A stretch of DNA of 58,235 nucleotides from a bacterium (lineage in GTDB: Bacteria; Patescibacteriota; Patescibacteriia; Magasanikbacterales; GWA2-37-8). A program made the position numbers and the translations under genes. Location of the stretch: assembly GCA_043810165.1 (NCBI GenBank), contig JBDROJ010000042.1, positions 1 to 58,235 of the forward strand. Direction: 5' to 3'. Shown here one piece after another: positions 38,301 to 47,596 of the stretch; position 1 is the stretch's first letter; each line of letters starts with the position of its first letter. The notes beneath the pieces were generated by a model. It searched no databases and was not told the origin of the DNA. It worked only from the letters and a program-made list of their open reading frames with translations.

Positions 38301-39825
38301 TGTTAACAAAATTTTCGACCAATCTATAGAATGTGAAATAAAGCCGTTGTTTATCTTTGATGTGGCTAATAATCACATGGGCGATGTGAATCATGGCCTA
38401 AAAATTATTAGAGATGTTCATTCTGCCTGCAAAGATTTTCCTTTTCAGCTTGCTTTTAAGTTTCAGTTTCGTAATATCGATACTTTCATTCATCCTGATT
38501 ATAAGGATCGTAAAGATATTAAATATGTAAAGCGTTTTTCTGAAACTAAATTAAGCAAGGAAGAATACATTGTTTTAAAAGAAGAAGTGTCTAATTTAGG
38601 ATGTATCTCTATGTGTACTCCTTTTGACGAACCTTCAGTAGATTTGATTGAAGAAATTGGTTTTGATATTTTAAAAATTGCCAGTTGTTCTTTTAATGAT
38701 TGGCCTCTTTTAGAAAAGGTGGCCACTAGTAGCAAGCCCGTTATAGCTTCAACTGGTGGGGTTGACCTAGAGGTCGTAGATCAAGTAGTTAGTTTCTTAC
38801 AAAATAGAGAGAAAAAATTTGTGATAATGCATTGTGTAGGAGAGTATCCTACTTCCAAAGATCATCTGCAGCTTAATCAGATAGATCTTTTGCAAGATAG
38901 ATATCAAGATGTAAAGATTGGTTTTTCTACTCATGAAGAACCGGATAATTATGATGCCATAAAAATGGTTGTTGCCAAAGGCGTTAGAATTTTTGAAAGG
39001 CATGTGGCCGTAAAAACTGAGAAGTATGATATTAATGCTTATTCTTCTACTCCGGAACATGCAGGTAAGTGGTTGGAGTCAGCTCAACAAGCTTTTGCCA
39101 TGGCAGGGGTGGCTGGCCAGAGAGCTGAGTTCTTAGAAAAAGAATTATCTGATCTACGGCAATTTAAGAGAGGGGTGTTCGCATCTAGGGATATCAACAA
39201 AGGAGAGCGCGTTAGCGTTGATAATACTTTTTTTGCTTTTCCAAACCAAGATGGCCAGATTTTGGCTAATAGCATGTCTAAATACGCTATTTATACTGCT
39301 ACCGAAGATATTAAAAAGAACGCTCCGATAAACGGTAATGTGGAAAAAGAAGAAACCAGAGAAAGAGTGTATAAAATTGTTGAGAAAGTGGATGAATTAT
39401 TAAAAAAAGCAAATATCCCTGTTTCCAGTAAATTGGATTTTGAGATATCACATCACTATGGCATTGATAAATTTTATGAATATGGGGCAGTAATAATTAG
39501 CTGTATTAACCGCGAATATTGTAAAAAATTAATTGTGTTATTGCCTGGTCAGAAGCACCCGGTTCATTTGCATAAGAAAAAGGAAGAGACTTTTCATGTC
39601 TTGTATGGAAGTATGGATATAACTTTGGGTGGTAAAGAAATGAAATGTGAGACCGGAGATATTGTTACAGTAGAGCGTGATACTGATCATGATTTTGGAA
39701 CTCAAGAAGGATGTATTTTTGAAGAAGTTTCCACTACCCATTACCAGGACGATTCGTTTTATCAAGATGAAAATGTGGCCAAGAATCCGAGCCGCAAGAC
39801 ACATTTAAGTCATTGGTTGGATTAA
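38293..39825 (+). CDS. NeuB/SpsE-family PEP-dependent synthase fused to SAF and cupin domains
   Basis: ANNHMG, KFQ, TPFD, KIAS, HCVGEYP, GFSTHE, ERH; C-terminal YCKKL..PGQKHPVHLHKKKEETF. Confidence 0.88.
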   Translation: MDNVNKIFDQSIECEIKPLFIFDVANNHMGDVNHGLKIIRDVHSACKDFPFQLAFKFQFRNIDTFIHPDYKDRKDIKYVKRFSETKLSKEEYIVLKEEVSNLGCISMCTPFDEPSVDLIEEIGFDILKIASCSFNDWPLLEKVATSSKPVIASTGGVDLEVVDQVVSFLQNREKKFVIMHCVGEYPTSKDHLQLNQIDLLQDRYQDVKIGFSTHEEPDNYDAIKMVVAKGVRIFERHVAVKTEKYDINAYSSTPEHAGKWLESAQQAFAMAGVAGQRAEFLEKELSDLRQFKRGVFASRDINKGERVSVDNTFFAFPNQDGQILANSMSKYAIYTATEDIKKNAPINGNVEKEETRERVYKIVEKVDELLKKANIPVSSKLDFEISHHYGIDKFYEYGAVIISCINREYCKKLIVLLPGQKHPVHLHKKKEETFHVLYGSMDITLGGKEMKCETGDIVTVERDTDHDFGTQEGCIFEEVSTTHYQDDSFYQDENVAKNPSRKTHLSHWLD

Positions 39826-39844
39826 ATTTTCATAATATAGATCC

Positions 39845-40747
39845 ATGAATTCAAAATTAACTGAACAAAAATTAGCCGAGGCAAAAGAAAAAGCAAAATT
39901 ATTTGCTTTGGATTATGACGGTACGATTTTTGATGGCCAAGAGCATGGTTGGGAAGAAGCTAGAAGATTAATGCAGAGAATAATAAAAGCAGAAAAGTAC
40001 TTAGCCATTATTACAGCTAGAGCGGCCACAGCTGTCAAGATGATTTTGCCGAGCATCAACAAATTATATCAGAATGAAAAAGTAAAAATACCAAGTTTTG
40101 TGGCTGGAGCCAATGGCACGGTTTTATACGAAATTAAGAAAGATCAACTCAATACCATATATAATCATGGTTTAAATTTTGAAGAATTAGAGAATTTAGT
40201 AAAGGTTTGGCAAAAGGTGTATAATGAGTTAGGGATAGAAAATACACAATTAAATAGTAAAGGTAGAGAAATATTCAGGGATCTTTTAAAACAAGATTGG
40301 ACTGGATTTGTAGATAGTAAGATAATAGATTTAAGTCATCCATATGATAATGCGATTTTTACTGAAGAAGCCAAGATGTCATTTATATTACCACAACAAG
40401 TGGAGCACCATAAAGATGTTATAAACGCTGTACAGGAATCAGTTGGTGATAAATACCAAGTAATGGCTAGTGATTCAATCACCGCTCATATAACCAAGAA
40501 ATTATCAGAAGATAGCAAACTGGTGGCTGTTAAGTCGATTATGGAATTATTAAATATAAAAGAAAATCAAGTCGTAAGTTTTGGAGACATGCCACATGGC
40601 AATGACACAGGATTACTAAGTTTTCCATATAGTTTTACTAATTATCAGGGAGACAAAGAATCTGGTGGCCCTCCTTTTGTTTTATCAATCAAAGATCAAT
40701 CTCCGGTGGCCGTGGTTCATCAAGCCATAAATTATTTATTGGATTAG
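39845..40747 (+). CDS. HAD-superfamily hydrolase (IIB-like)
   Basis: LDYDGT, ITAR, ANG, SK, FGD..GND. Confidence 0.82.
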   Translation: MNSKLTEQKLAEAKEKAKLFALDYDGTIFDGQEHGWEEARRLMQRIIKAEKYLAIITARAATAVKMILPSINKLYQNEKVKIPSFVAGANGTVLYEIKKDQLNTIYNHGLNFEELENLVKVWQKVYNELGIENTQLNSKGREIFRDLLKQDWTGFVDSKIIDLSHPYDNAIFTEEAKMSFILPQQVEHHKDVINAVQESVGDKYQVMASDSITAHITKKLSEDSKLVAVKSIMELLNIKENQVVSFGDMPHGNDTGLLSFPYSFTNYQGDKESGGPPFVLSIKDQSPVAVVHQAINYLLD

Positions 40748-40751
40748 CACT

Positions 40752-42416
40752 ATGAAATTAAGTGACTACGTTGTTAAATTCATTGAAGAACAGACTAACT
40801 CTATTTTTTTGTTGTCCGGAGGAGGTATAATGCATCTGGTTGATTCGGTGGGAAAATCAAATTTGAATTCATATTGTTGTCATCATGAGCAAACTGTGGC
40901 AATAGCAACTGAAGGTTATTCACGCATTAAAACTGATGGCATCGGAGTTTGCTTGGTCACTACCGGCCCGGGTGGAACTAACGCCATTACCGGAGTAGCC
41001 GGCGCCTGGCTAGATAGTATACCTATGTTAGTTATTAGCGGACAGGTAAAAAGAGATAATATTATACCGCGCAATAGCAATGGCAAGCCATTAATTCGCC
41101 AATTAGGTTTTCAAGAACTTAATGTGATAGACATGGTAAAACCAATTACAAAGTACGCGGTTATGGTAGAAAACGAAAATGAAATTAAATATCATTTAGA
41201 AAAAGCTATTTACCTAGCCAAAGATGGGCGTCCTGGTCCGGTGTGGATTGAGATACCATTAGATGTCCAAGCAACTGAAATTGATCCAGATAGTTTAAGA
41301 TCATTTGAAAAACCAATCCAAGAGCAACAGAACGATATCCCCATGAACGAGGTAATACAAGCTTTGAATCAGGCACAAAGGCCTCTTTTGATTGCCGGTA
41401 ATGGCATTAGATTAGCTGGCGGAGAAGAAATTTTATGGAAGATGTTAGATAAAATTAAAATCAACACGGTCACGCCAATTTTTACAGCCGATGATTTAGT
41501 AACTCATGAATACTCATATTACCTAGGACGACAAGGAATGCCTGGTAACAAATCGGCTAATTATGCGGTTGATAATTGTGATTTGTTATTAGTGATAGGC
41601 GAAAGAATGCAATTAACACAAACATCCTATGATTATGAAAATTTTGCGCCACAATCTAAAAAAATAATGGTTGATATTGATCTAGAAGAGATGAAGAAAA
41701 AAACTTTTTTACCAGACATAGCTATTAATTGCGATGCCAAAGTTTTTTTAGAAAAATTGAATGAACAAGATATTAATTTGAGTCGTTGGGATTTGCAAGT
41801 AGAAGACATTGATACAGAAAAATATTCATGCGACCCTGGATTTGTAAACGTGTATAAATTTTTAGAGGAATTAGGTAAACACAGTCAAGGGTATCATGTG
41901 GCCACGGCCAATGGTACAGCTAGTTTGGCACCGCATCAAGCTTTGAAAATAATTAGAGGTCAGCGTTTTCTTACCAATGCTGGTTTGGGACATATGGGTT
42001 CTGGTTTGCCTTTGGCCATTGGTGCTTGTGTAGCTGATGGTAAAAAATCGGTAATATGCAGTGAAGGTGACGGTTCAATCATGCTTAATTTGCAAGACTT
42101 GCAAACGGTACTACATCATGGTTTGCCTTTGAAAATTTTTATTTATAATAATAATGGCTATCATTCAATCCGCAGTACGCATATGACTTATTTTGACAAT
42201 GTCTTTGCAGCTGATCCGGAAAGCGGTGTAAGTATTCCTGATTTTAGTAAGATCATTCCGGCTTGGGGATTAAAATATGAAAGAATAAATAACGACAGCG
42301 AACTGGACAAAGTTAGACAAGTTATGGAAACAAGTGGACCAATAGTTTGTGAACTGATGATAGATCCTGACCAAAAGATGATTTCCAAATGGAGTGCTGG
42401 GGTTTTGAAAGAGTAA
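40752..42416 (+). CDS. ThDP-dependent acetolactate-synthase-like enzyme (YerE-like)
   Basis: GGGIMHL, HHEQ, TTGPGGTN, GFQE, RPGPVWIEIPLD, GDGS..NN. Confidence 0.88.
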   Translation: MKLSDYVVKFIEEQTNSIFLLSGGGIMHLVDSVGKSNLNSYCCHHEQTVAIATEGYSRIKTDGIGVCLVTTGPGGTNAITGVAGAWLDSIPMLVISGQVKRDNIIPRNSNGKPLIRQLGFQELNVIDMVKPITKYAVMVENENEIKYHLEKAIYLAKDGRPGPVWIEIPLDVQATEIDPDSLRSFEKPIQEQQNDIPMNEVIQALNQAQRPLLIAGNGIRLAGGEEILWKMLDKIKINTVTPIFTADDLVTHEYSYYLGRQGMPGNKSANYAVDNCDLLLVIGERMQLTQTSYDYENFAPQSKKIMVDIDLEEMKKKTFLPDIAINCDAKVFLEKLNEQDINLSRWDLQVEDIDTEKYSCDPGFVNVYKFLEELGKHSQGYHVATANGTASLAPHQALKIIRGQRFLTNAGLGHMGSGLPLAIGACVADGKKSVICSEGDGSIMLNLQDLQTVLHHGLPLKIFIYNNNGYHSIRSTHMTYFDNVFAADPESGVSIPDFSKIIPAWGLKYERINNDSELDKVRQVMETSGPIVCELMIDPDQKMISKWSAGVLKE

Positions 42417-42637
42417 TAAATTAGTTCTGTCACTGCGAACGTAGCGTTTTCTGTCATTGCGAGGAGCGAGGCGTTTTCTGTCATTGCGAGCGTAAGCGAA
42501 GCAATCTCGTCATCTCTAGAGCAACGAGATTGCCACGTCGTCGCTCCGCTCCTCGCTCGCAATGACAGAAATGCCACGCTCGCAATGACAGAAACAACAC
42601 ATTCTTCGCTTACGCTCGCATTGACAGAACTAATTTA
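42417..42637. repeat. Nested palindromic REP/BIME-like element
   Basis: Perfect 16-bp terminal IR TAAATTAGTTCTGTCA/TGACAGAACTAATTTA; three forward CTGTCAYTGCGA and three reverse CGCAWTGACAG units; inner stem GCAATCTCGT/ACGAGATTGC. Confidence 0.93.
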
Positions 42638-42690
42638 AGCTCAATATTGATAATAACTTAATACTAGTTTAAACATTAATTTTAAGTCAT

Positions 42691-43203
42691 ATGGATTTAA
42701 AGCAACATATTAGAGAGATACCTGATTGGCCTAAGCCAGGTATTAATTTTAAAGACATAACCACTTTATTGCAAGATGCCGAAGCTTTTCAACAGGCAAT
42801 AGATCAGTTGGCCGAACCTTATCTAGATAAAAAAATCGATGTAATTGTTGGTATTGATGCCCGTGGCTTTATTTTCGCGGCTGCTTTGGCTTACAAATTA
42901 AAAACCGCCATGGCCATTATTAGAAAAAAAGGTAAATTACCTTGGAAAAAATTATCAGAAGAATACGCTTTAGAATATGGTACTGATACCATAGAAATGC
43001 ATGAAGATGCTATTAAGCCAGGTCAGTCTGTCATGGTAGTAGATGATCTTTTGGCCACCGGCGGAACCATGGAAAGCGCTATTAAAATGATTGAAAAATT
43101 AGATGTCAAAATTGAGGGTGTTAGTTTTTTAATAGAATTGGATTTTTTTAAAGGACGAGAAAAGTTTAATAAATATCCATTACATTCATTATTACATTAT
43201 TAA
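42691..43203 (+). CDS. apt: Adenine phosphoribosyltransferase
   Basis: PDWPKPGINFKDITT, DARGF, RKKGKLP, YALEYG, VDDLLATGGT. Confidence 0.97.
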   Translation: MDLKQHIREIPDWPKPGINFKDITTLLQDAEAFQQAIDQLAEPYLDKKIDVIVGIDARGFIFAAALAYKLKTAMAIIRKKGKLPWKKLSEEYALEYGTDTIEMHEDAIKPGQSVMVVDDLLATGGTMESAIKMIEKLDVKIEGVSFLIELDFFKGREKFNKYPLHSLLHY

Positions 43204-43206
43204 TCT

Positions 43207-44010
43207 ATGTCAAATATTGAAATAGGAGTATTGGGCGGTTCTGGTTTCTATAATCTATTAGAAAACGCCCAAGAAAAAACCATTCAAACAGAATATGGTG
43301 ATCCATCAGACAAGGTAGTGGTCGGCGAATATGCGGGTAAGTCTGTGGCTTTTTTACCAAGACACGGTCAAGATCATAATTTTCCACCTCACCTGGTGCC
43401 ATATCGGGCCAATTTAGCTACTTTTAAAAAACTAGGCGTGAAATATATAATTGGACCATGTGCGGCTGGTAGTTTGCAGGTTGGGGTTAAGCCGGGTGAG
43501 TTTGTTATTTTAGATCAATTTGTGGATAGGACTAAATCAAGAAAAGATACGATTTTTGAAGGACCTAAGGGCAGGGTGGCCCATCTTCCAATGAATGAAC
43601 CTTATTGTTCCAATCTGCGTAAATTAGCAATTGACTGCTGTCAAGAATTAGATATACAGGTTCATCAAACCGGAACAGTAGTAGTAATTGAAGGGCCACG
43701 TTTTTCCACTGTAGCTGAAAGCCGTTGGTTTTCTTCTCAAGGTTGGGAGGTTATTAATATGACTCAATATCCAGAATGTTACCTAGCTCGTGAGATGGGT
43801 ATGTGTTATGTTGGTATAGCTTTGATTACTGATCATGATGTTGGTTTGGAAGGACATTCAGAGGTCAAGTCTGTAACAATGGAAGACGTAATAAAGGTTT
43901 TTAATGAGAATAATGAAAAAGTGAAAAAATTAATATTTAGAATGATAGAAAAACTTGAAATACAAGAGTGTGGTTGCCATTCATCTGCACAAAAGGCGAT
44001 AGTTCAATAA
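43207..44010 (+). CDS. mtnP: S-methyl-5'-thioadenosine phosphorylase
   Basis: GVLGGSG, LPRHG..H.FPPH, DQFVDRT, IEGPRFSTVAES, NMT, TDHD. Confidence 0.92.
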   Translation: MSNIEIGVLGGSGFYNLLENAQEKTIQTEYGDPSDKVVVGEYAGKSVAFLPRHGQDHNFPPHLVPYRANLATFKKLGVKYIIGPCAAGSLQVGVKPGEFVILDQFVDRTKSRKDTIFEGPKGRVAHLPMNEPYCSNLRKLAIDCCQELDIQVHQTGTVVVIEGPRFSTVAESRWFSSQGWEVINMTQYPECYLAREMGMCYVGIALITDHDVGLEGHSEVKSVTMEDVIKVFNENNEKVKKLIFRMIEKLEIQECGCHSSAQKAIVQ

Positions 44011-44020
44011 AAAACATTTT

Positions 44021-45322
44021 ATGGATCAAGAATTACAACAAATATTAAAACGAATTTATCAAGAAAAGTTTGTTAAAAAGGAATTTATTGCTGGGGAAAC
44101 TTCTGTACCGGTTTCGGGCAAAGTTTTTGATGAGAGAGAAATTTTTAATTTGGTGGAAGCAGTTTTGGATGGTTGGTGGACAGAAGGACATTTTAGCGAT
44201 GAATTTGAACAGAAAATTAGCAATTGGCTGGGAGTGGAATATACGGTTTTAACCAATTCTGGTTCCTCGGCCAATTTATTAGCCGTTACCAGTTTGACTT
44301 CTAGAAAGTTAGGGGACAAGAGATTAAAACATGGTGATGAAGTTATAACCGTGGCTGCTGGTTTTCCCAGCACGGTTAATCCAATTATTCAAAATAATCT
44401 GGTGCCGGTTTTTGTTGATGTTGATTTGGGTACATATAATGCAAATATTCAAGCCATTAAGCAGGCTATAGGGCCTAAAACTCGAGCCATAATGCTGGCT
44501 CATACTTTAGGCAATCCAGTTGATCTTGATCAAGTATCTAAATTATGTGAGGAGCATGACCTGTGGTTCATAGAGGATAATTGTGATGCACTTGGTTCAT
44601 TATACACAGGCAAAAAAACTGGTAATTTTGGGCATGTGGCTACATGCAGTTTTTATCCCGCTCATCATATTACCATGGGAGAAGGTGGGGCTGTTTTTAC
44701 CAATGATGATAAATTAGACATGATTATACGTTCTATTCGCGATTGGGGACGTGATTGCCATTGCAAAACAGGAAAAGATAATACTTGTGGCATGCGGTTT
44801 AGTTGGCAGTTGGGTGATCTACCTTATGGATATGATCATAAATATATCTATTCAGAGATTGGTTATAATTTGAAGATAACTGACATGCAAGCGGCTTTGG
44901 CTTTGGCTCAAATAGAAAAATTGGATGGATTTGTACAAGCGCGTAAAAACAATTTTAAAACTTTGTACGAAGGATTGAAAAAATATGAAAAGTATTTTGT
45001 TTTGCCAAAATGGCAAGAACAAGCAGAGCCAAGCTGGTTTGGGTTTTTATTAACAGTAAAGGAAGACGCTCCGTTTAAACGAGACGATATTATAAGAGAC
45101 CTACAGAGTGAGTTGATAGCCACAAGGTATCTATTTGCTGGTAATTTGGTTAAGCAACCATATTTTATTGATAATGATATAAATTATCGAGTGGTGGGTG
45201 ATTTGAAAAATACAGATACTATCATGAATAATACTTTTTGGGTGGGTGTGTATCCTGGGTTGACCAAAGAGATGTTGGACCATATCATTAAGTGTTTTGA
45301 GGAATTTTTACAAGATTATTAA
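44021..45322 (+). CDS. rfbH: CDP-4-keto-6-deoxyglucose 3-dehydratase (E1, DdhC)
   Basis: VPVSGK, NSGSSANL, AHTLGN, SFYPAHHITMGEGG, RDWGRDCHC..NTCG, LPYGYDHKY. Confidence 0.95.
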   Translation: MDQELQQILKRIYQEKFVKKEFIAGETSVPVSGKVFDEREIFNLVEAVLDGWWTEGHFSDEFEQKISNWLGVEYTVLTNSGSSANLLAVTSLTSRKLGDKRLKHGDEVITVAAGFPSTVNPIIQNNLVPVFVDVDLGTYNANIQAIKQAIGPKTRAIMLAHTLGNPVDLDQVSKLCEEHDLWFIEDNCDALGSLYTGKKTGNFGHVATCSFYPAHHITMGEGGAVFTNDDKLDMIIRSIRDWGRDCHCKTGKDNTCGMRFSWQLGDLPYGYDHKYIYSEIGYNLKITDMQAALALAQIEKLDGFVQARKNNFKTLYEGLKKYEKYFVLPKWQEQAEPSWFGFLLTVKEDAPFKRDDIIRDLQSELIATRYLFAGNLVKQPYFIDNDINYRVVGDLKNTDTIMNNTFWVGVYPGLTKEMLDHIIKCFEEFLQDY

Positions 45323-45336
45323 AATAATTAAAATAT

Positions 45337-45786
45337 ATGATTCATGGAGTTGTTATAAAACCATTAAAGAAGATTTCCGATGAACGTGGGTGCATAATGC
45401 ACATGTTAAAAAACACAGATGATGAATTTGAGAAATTTGGTGAAATTTATTTTTCTACTGTTTACCCGGGTATTGTAAAGGGGTGGCATATACACAAGGA
45501 AATGGTGTTAAATTATTCCGTAGTAAAAGGCAATATTAAGCTAGTGTTGTATGATGGTCGCGATGATTCTGCAACCAAAGGTGAAATTCAAGAAATTTTT
45601 ATGGGAGATAAAAATTATTGTTTAGTTCAAATACCTTGTGGAGTAACCAATGGCTTCAAAGGAGTTGGTGATGAAGAAGCCATTGTAGCCAACTGTGCTA
45701 CCATTCCGCATGATCCAAATGAGATTGAAAGGATTGATCCATTAAATAATGACATATCATATAATTGGGAAATTAAATATGAGTAA
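45337..45786 (+). CDS. RmlC-family NDP-sugar epimerase (cupin)
   Basis: DERG, FGEIYFS, VKGWHIH, YDGRDDSAT, IPCGVTNGF. Confidence 0.87.
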   Translation: MIHGVVIKPLKKISDERGCIMHMLKNTDDEFEKFGEIYFSTVYPGIVKGWHIHKEMVLNYSVVKGNIKLVLYDGRDDSATKGEIQEIFMGDKNYCLVQIPCGVTNGFKGVGDEEAIVANCATIPHDPNEIERIDPLNNDISYNWEIKYE

Positions 45787-47596
45787 ATTGCTGATAACTG
45801 GTTCAGGTGGATTTGTAGGAAAAAACTTGTACAAGAAATTGCAGGGGGAATTTGATTTGGTTGGTTTAGACTGTACAAAGTCGAAAACAGTGGATCAAGT
45901 ATTAGATATTAGCGATAGGGATGGATTAATTAAAGTATTAGAAACATATAGGCCGGATATTATTATTCATTTGGCTGCGTTATCTAACGTTGATCGTTGT
46001 GAAAAAGAAAAAGAGTTAACCTATGAAAATAATGTGGTGTCGACAGAGACACTGGTTAATTGGTCTAAGCTGAACAACACCAAGATGATATATATGTCCA
46101 GTGATTATGTTTATGACGGTTTTAAAGGAAATTTTACTGAACAGGACCAAGAAAATCCAATACAATATTATGGAGAAAGTAAATTGATGAGTGAAAAACT
46201 TGTAAGTTCTTTGGGTAATTATATTATTCTTAGGCCAACGGTTATTTACGGCTGGGATCCTGAAGGTATGAATTTTTTTATGCAACTATATAGAAAGCAA
46301 AAAAAACAAAAAAAGATATTAGTGCCGAATGACCAAATAAGCAACCCAACTTTTGTAGATGATCTATGTAATTTGATAAAAAAGATAATTAAAGGAAAAT
46401 GGGAAAATGGTATATATAATAGTACTGGGCCAGAGAGTTATGGTCGCTATGAATTGGCCAAGGAGTTTTGTGAATTTATGGGTTGGGATCAGAGTTTGAT
46501 AATTCCGGTGGAAACGATTGAATTACACCAAGTAGCTAAACGCCCTTTAAATAATTCCACAATTTCAAAAAAAATCAATGATGTGTTTAATTTTGAATTT
46601 TCAAATTTGTTAGTTAGTCTGGAAAAAATAAAGACAAAAATGCAAACTCACAAGCCTTTAAGTTTGACCGTAGCGATTCCATCATATAATAAAGAAAAAT
46701 ATATAGAGCGCTGTATAAAGAGTGTTTTATTAGAAAAAGGATATATAGATAAGATATTGGTGGTGGATAATAATTCTACTGATAGAACTTGGGAGTTAGC
46801 TAAAAAATTTGAACCCGAAGTTGAATGTGTGCAAAACGGAACAAATTTAGGCATGTCAGGTAATTGGAATAGATGTATAGATCTTTGTAAAACAGATTTA
46901 TTAATGATATTTCACGCTGATGACGAGTTATTGCCAGATACTATAAAAAAATATCTAGATTTTTTTAAAAACCATCCGAGTGTTGGTTTAGTGCATGCCG
47001 ATATATATAATTTAAATGAAGGCCCGGGTGAAGTAAAACTACTAGCTAAAACAGATCATAAACAGATTCGCAAGGCAGGTTTAGAAGCTTTGGAAGTTCC
47101 GGGATGTGTATGTTCTTCAGTTATGGTTAGAAAATCGGTTTATGATGATCTCGGATATTTTTTGGAGGAGTCCATGGCTTCTGATGTTGATATGTGGAAG
47201 AGAATAGCAAGTAAATATGACATAGGTCACCTAGATGCTCCAACTGTTGTTTACTATATCATTAGAGATTCAACTGGTTTTGACTCTTTAAAAAATAGGA
47301 GTATTAAAGAAATAGAAGCCGATTGGGAATTATTAGGAAAACATATACGTAGTTATTATCCGGAAGAATTGAGAAAAGAACTTAAAAGAAAAGATAAAAA
47401 GGGATTTGTGGATGGTTTTGTAAAGGTGGCTGTAGTAAATTTCAGAAATAAGCAGTACAAAAAAACTTTTCAAGCATTATATATGGTTTTTTTCAAATAT
47501 AGGGGATTTTTACAAGTGATCCAGAGATTTTTTCAGTATTTGTTATTCAAATATAGGAAATATAAGATAAAAATAAATAATATATTTTATGTCTGA
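45779..47596 (+). CDS. Fusion of RmlD-like NDP-sugar reductase and GT2 glycosyltransferase
   Basis: ITGSGGFVG, SSDYVYDG, YGESK, DQISNPT, then IPSYN..VVDNNSTD..HADD; ATG 45779 overlaps upstream gene. Confidence 0.85.
   Translation: MSKLLITGSGGFVGKNLYKKLQGEFDLVGLDCTKSKTVDQVLDISDRDGLIKVLETYRPDIIIHLAALSNVDRCEKEKELTYENNVVSTETLVNWSKLNNTKMIYMSSDYVYDGFKGNFTEQDQENPIQYYGESKLMSEKLVSSLGNYIILRPTVIYGWDPEGMNFFMQLYRKQKKQKKILVPNDQISNPTFVDDLCNLIKKIIKGKWENGIYNSTGPESYGRYELAKEFCEFMGWDQSLIIPVETIELHQVAKRPLNNSTISKKINDVFNFEFSNLLVSLEKIKTKMQTHKPLSLTVAIPSYNKEKYIERCIKSVLLEKGYIDKILVVDNNSTDRTWELAKKFEPEVECVQNGTNLGMSGNWNRCIDLCKTDLLMIFHADDELLPDTIKKYLDFFKNHPSVGLVHADIYNLNEGPGEVKLLAKTDHKQIRKAGLEALEVPGCVCSSVMVRKSVYDDLGYFLEESMASDVDMWKRIASKYDIGHLDAPTVVYYIIRDSTGFDSLKNRSIKEIEADWELLGKHIRSYYPEELRKELKRKDKKGFVDGFVKVAVVNFRNKQYKKTFQALYMVFFKYRGFLQVIQRFFQYLLFKYRKYKIKINNIFYV

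Noticed and set aside
42188-42577. Minus-strand 129-aa ORF
   Set aside because: Composed of the palindromic element plus antisense of the ThDP gene.
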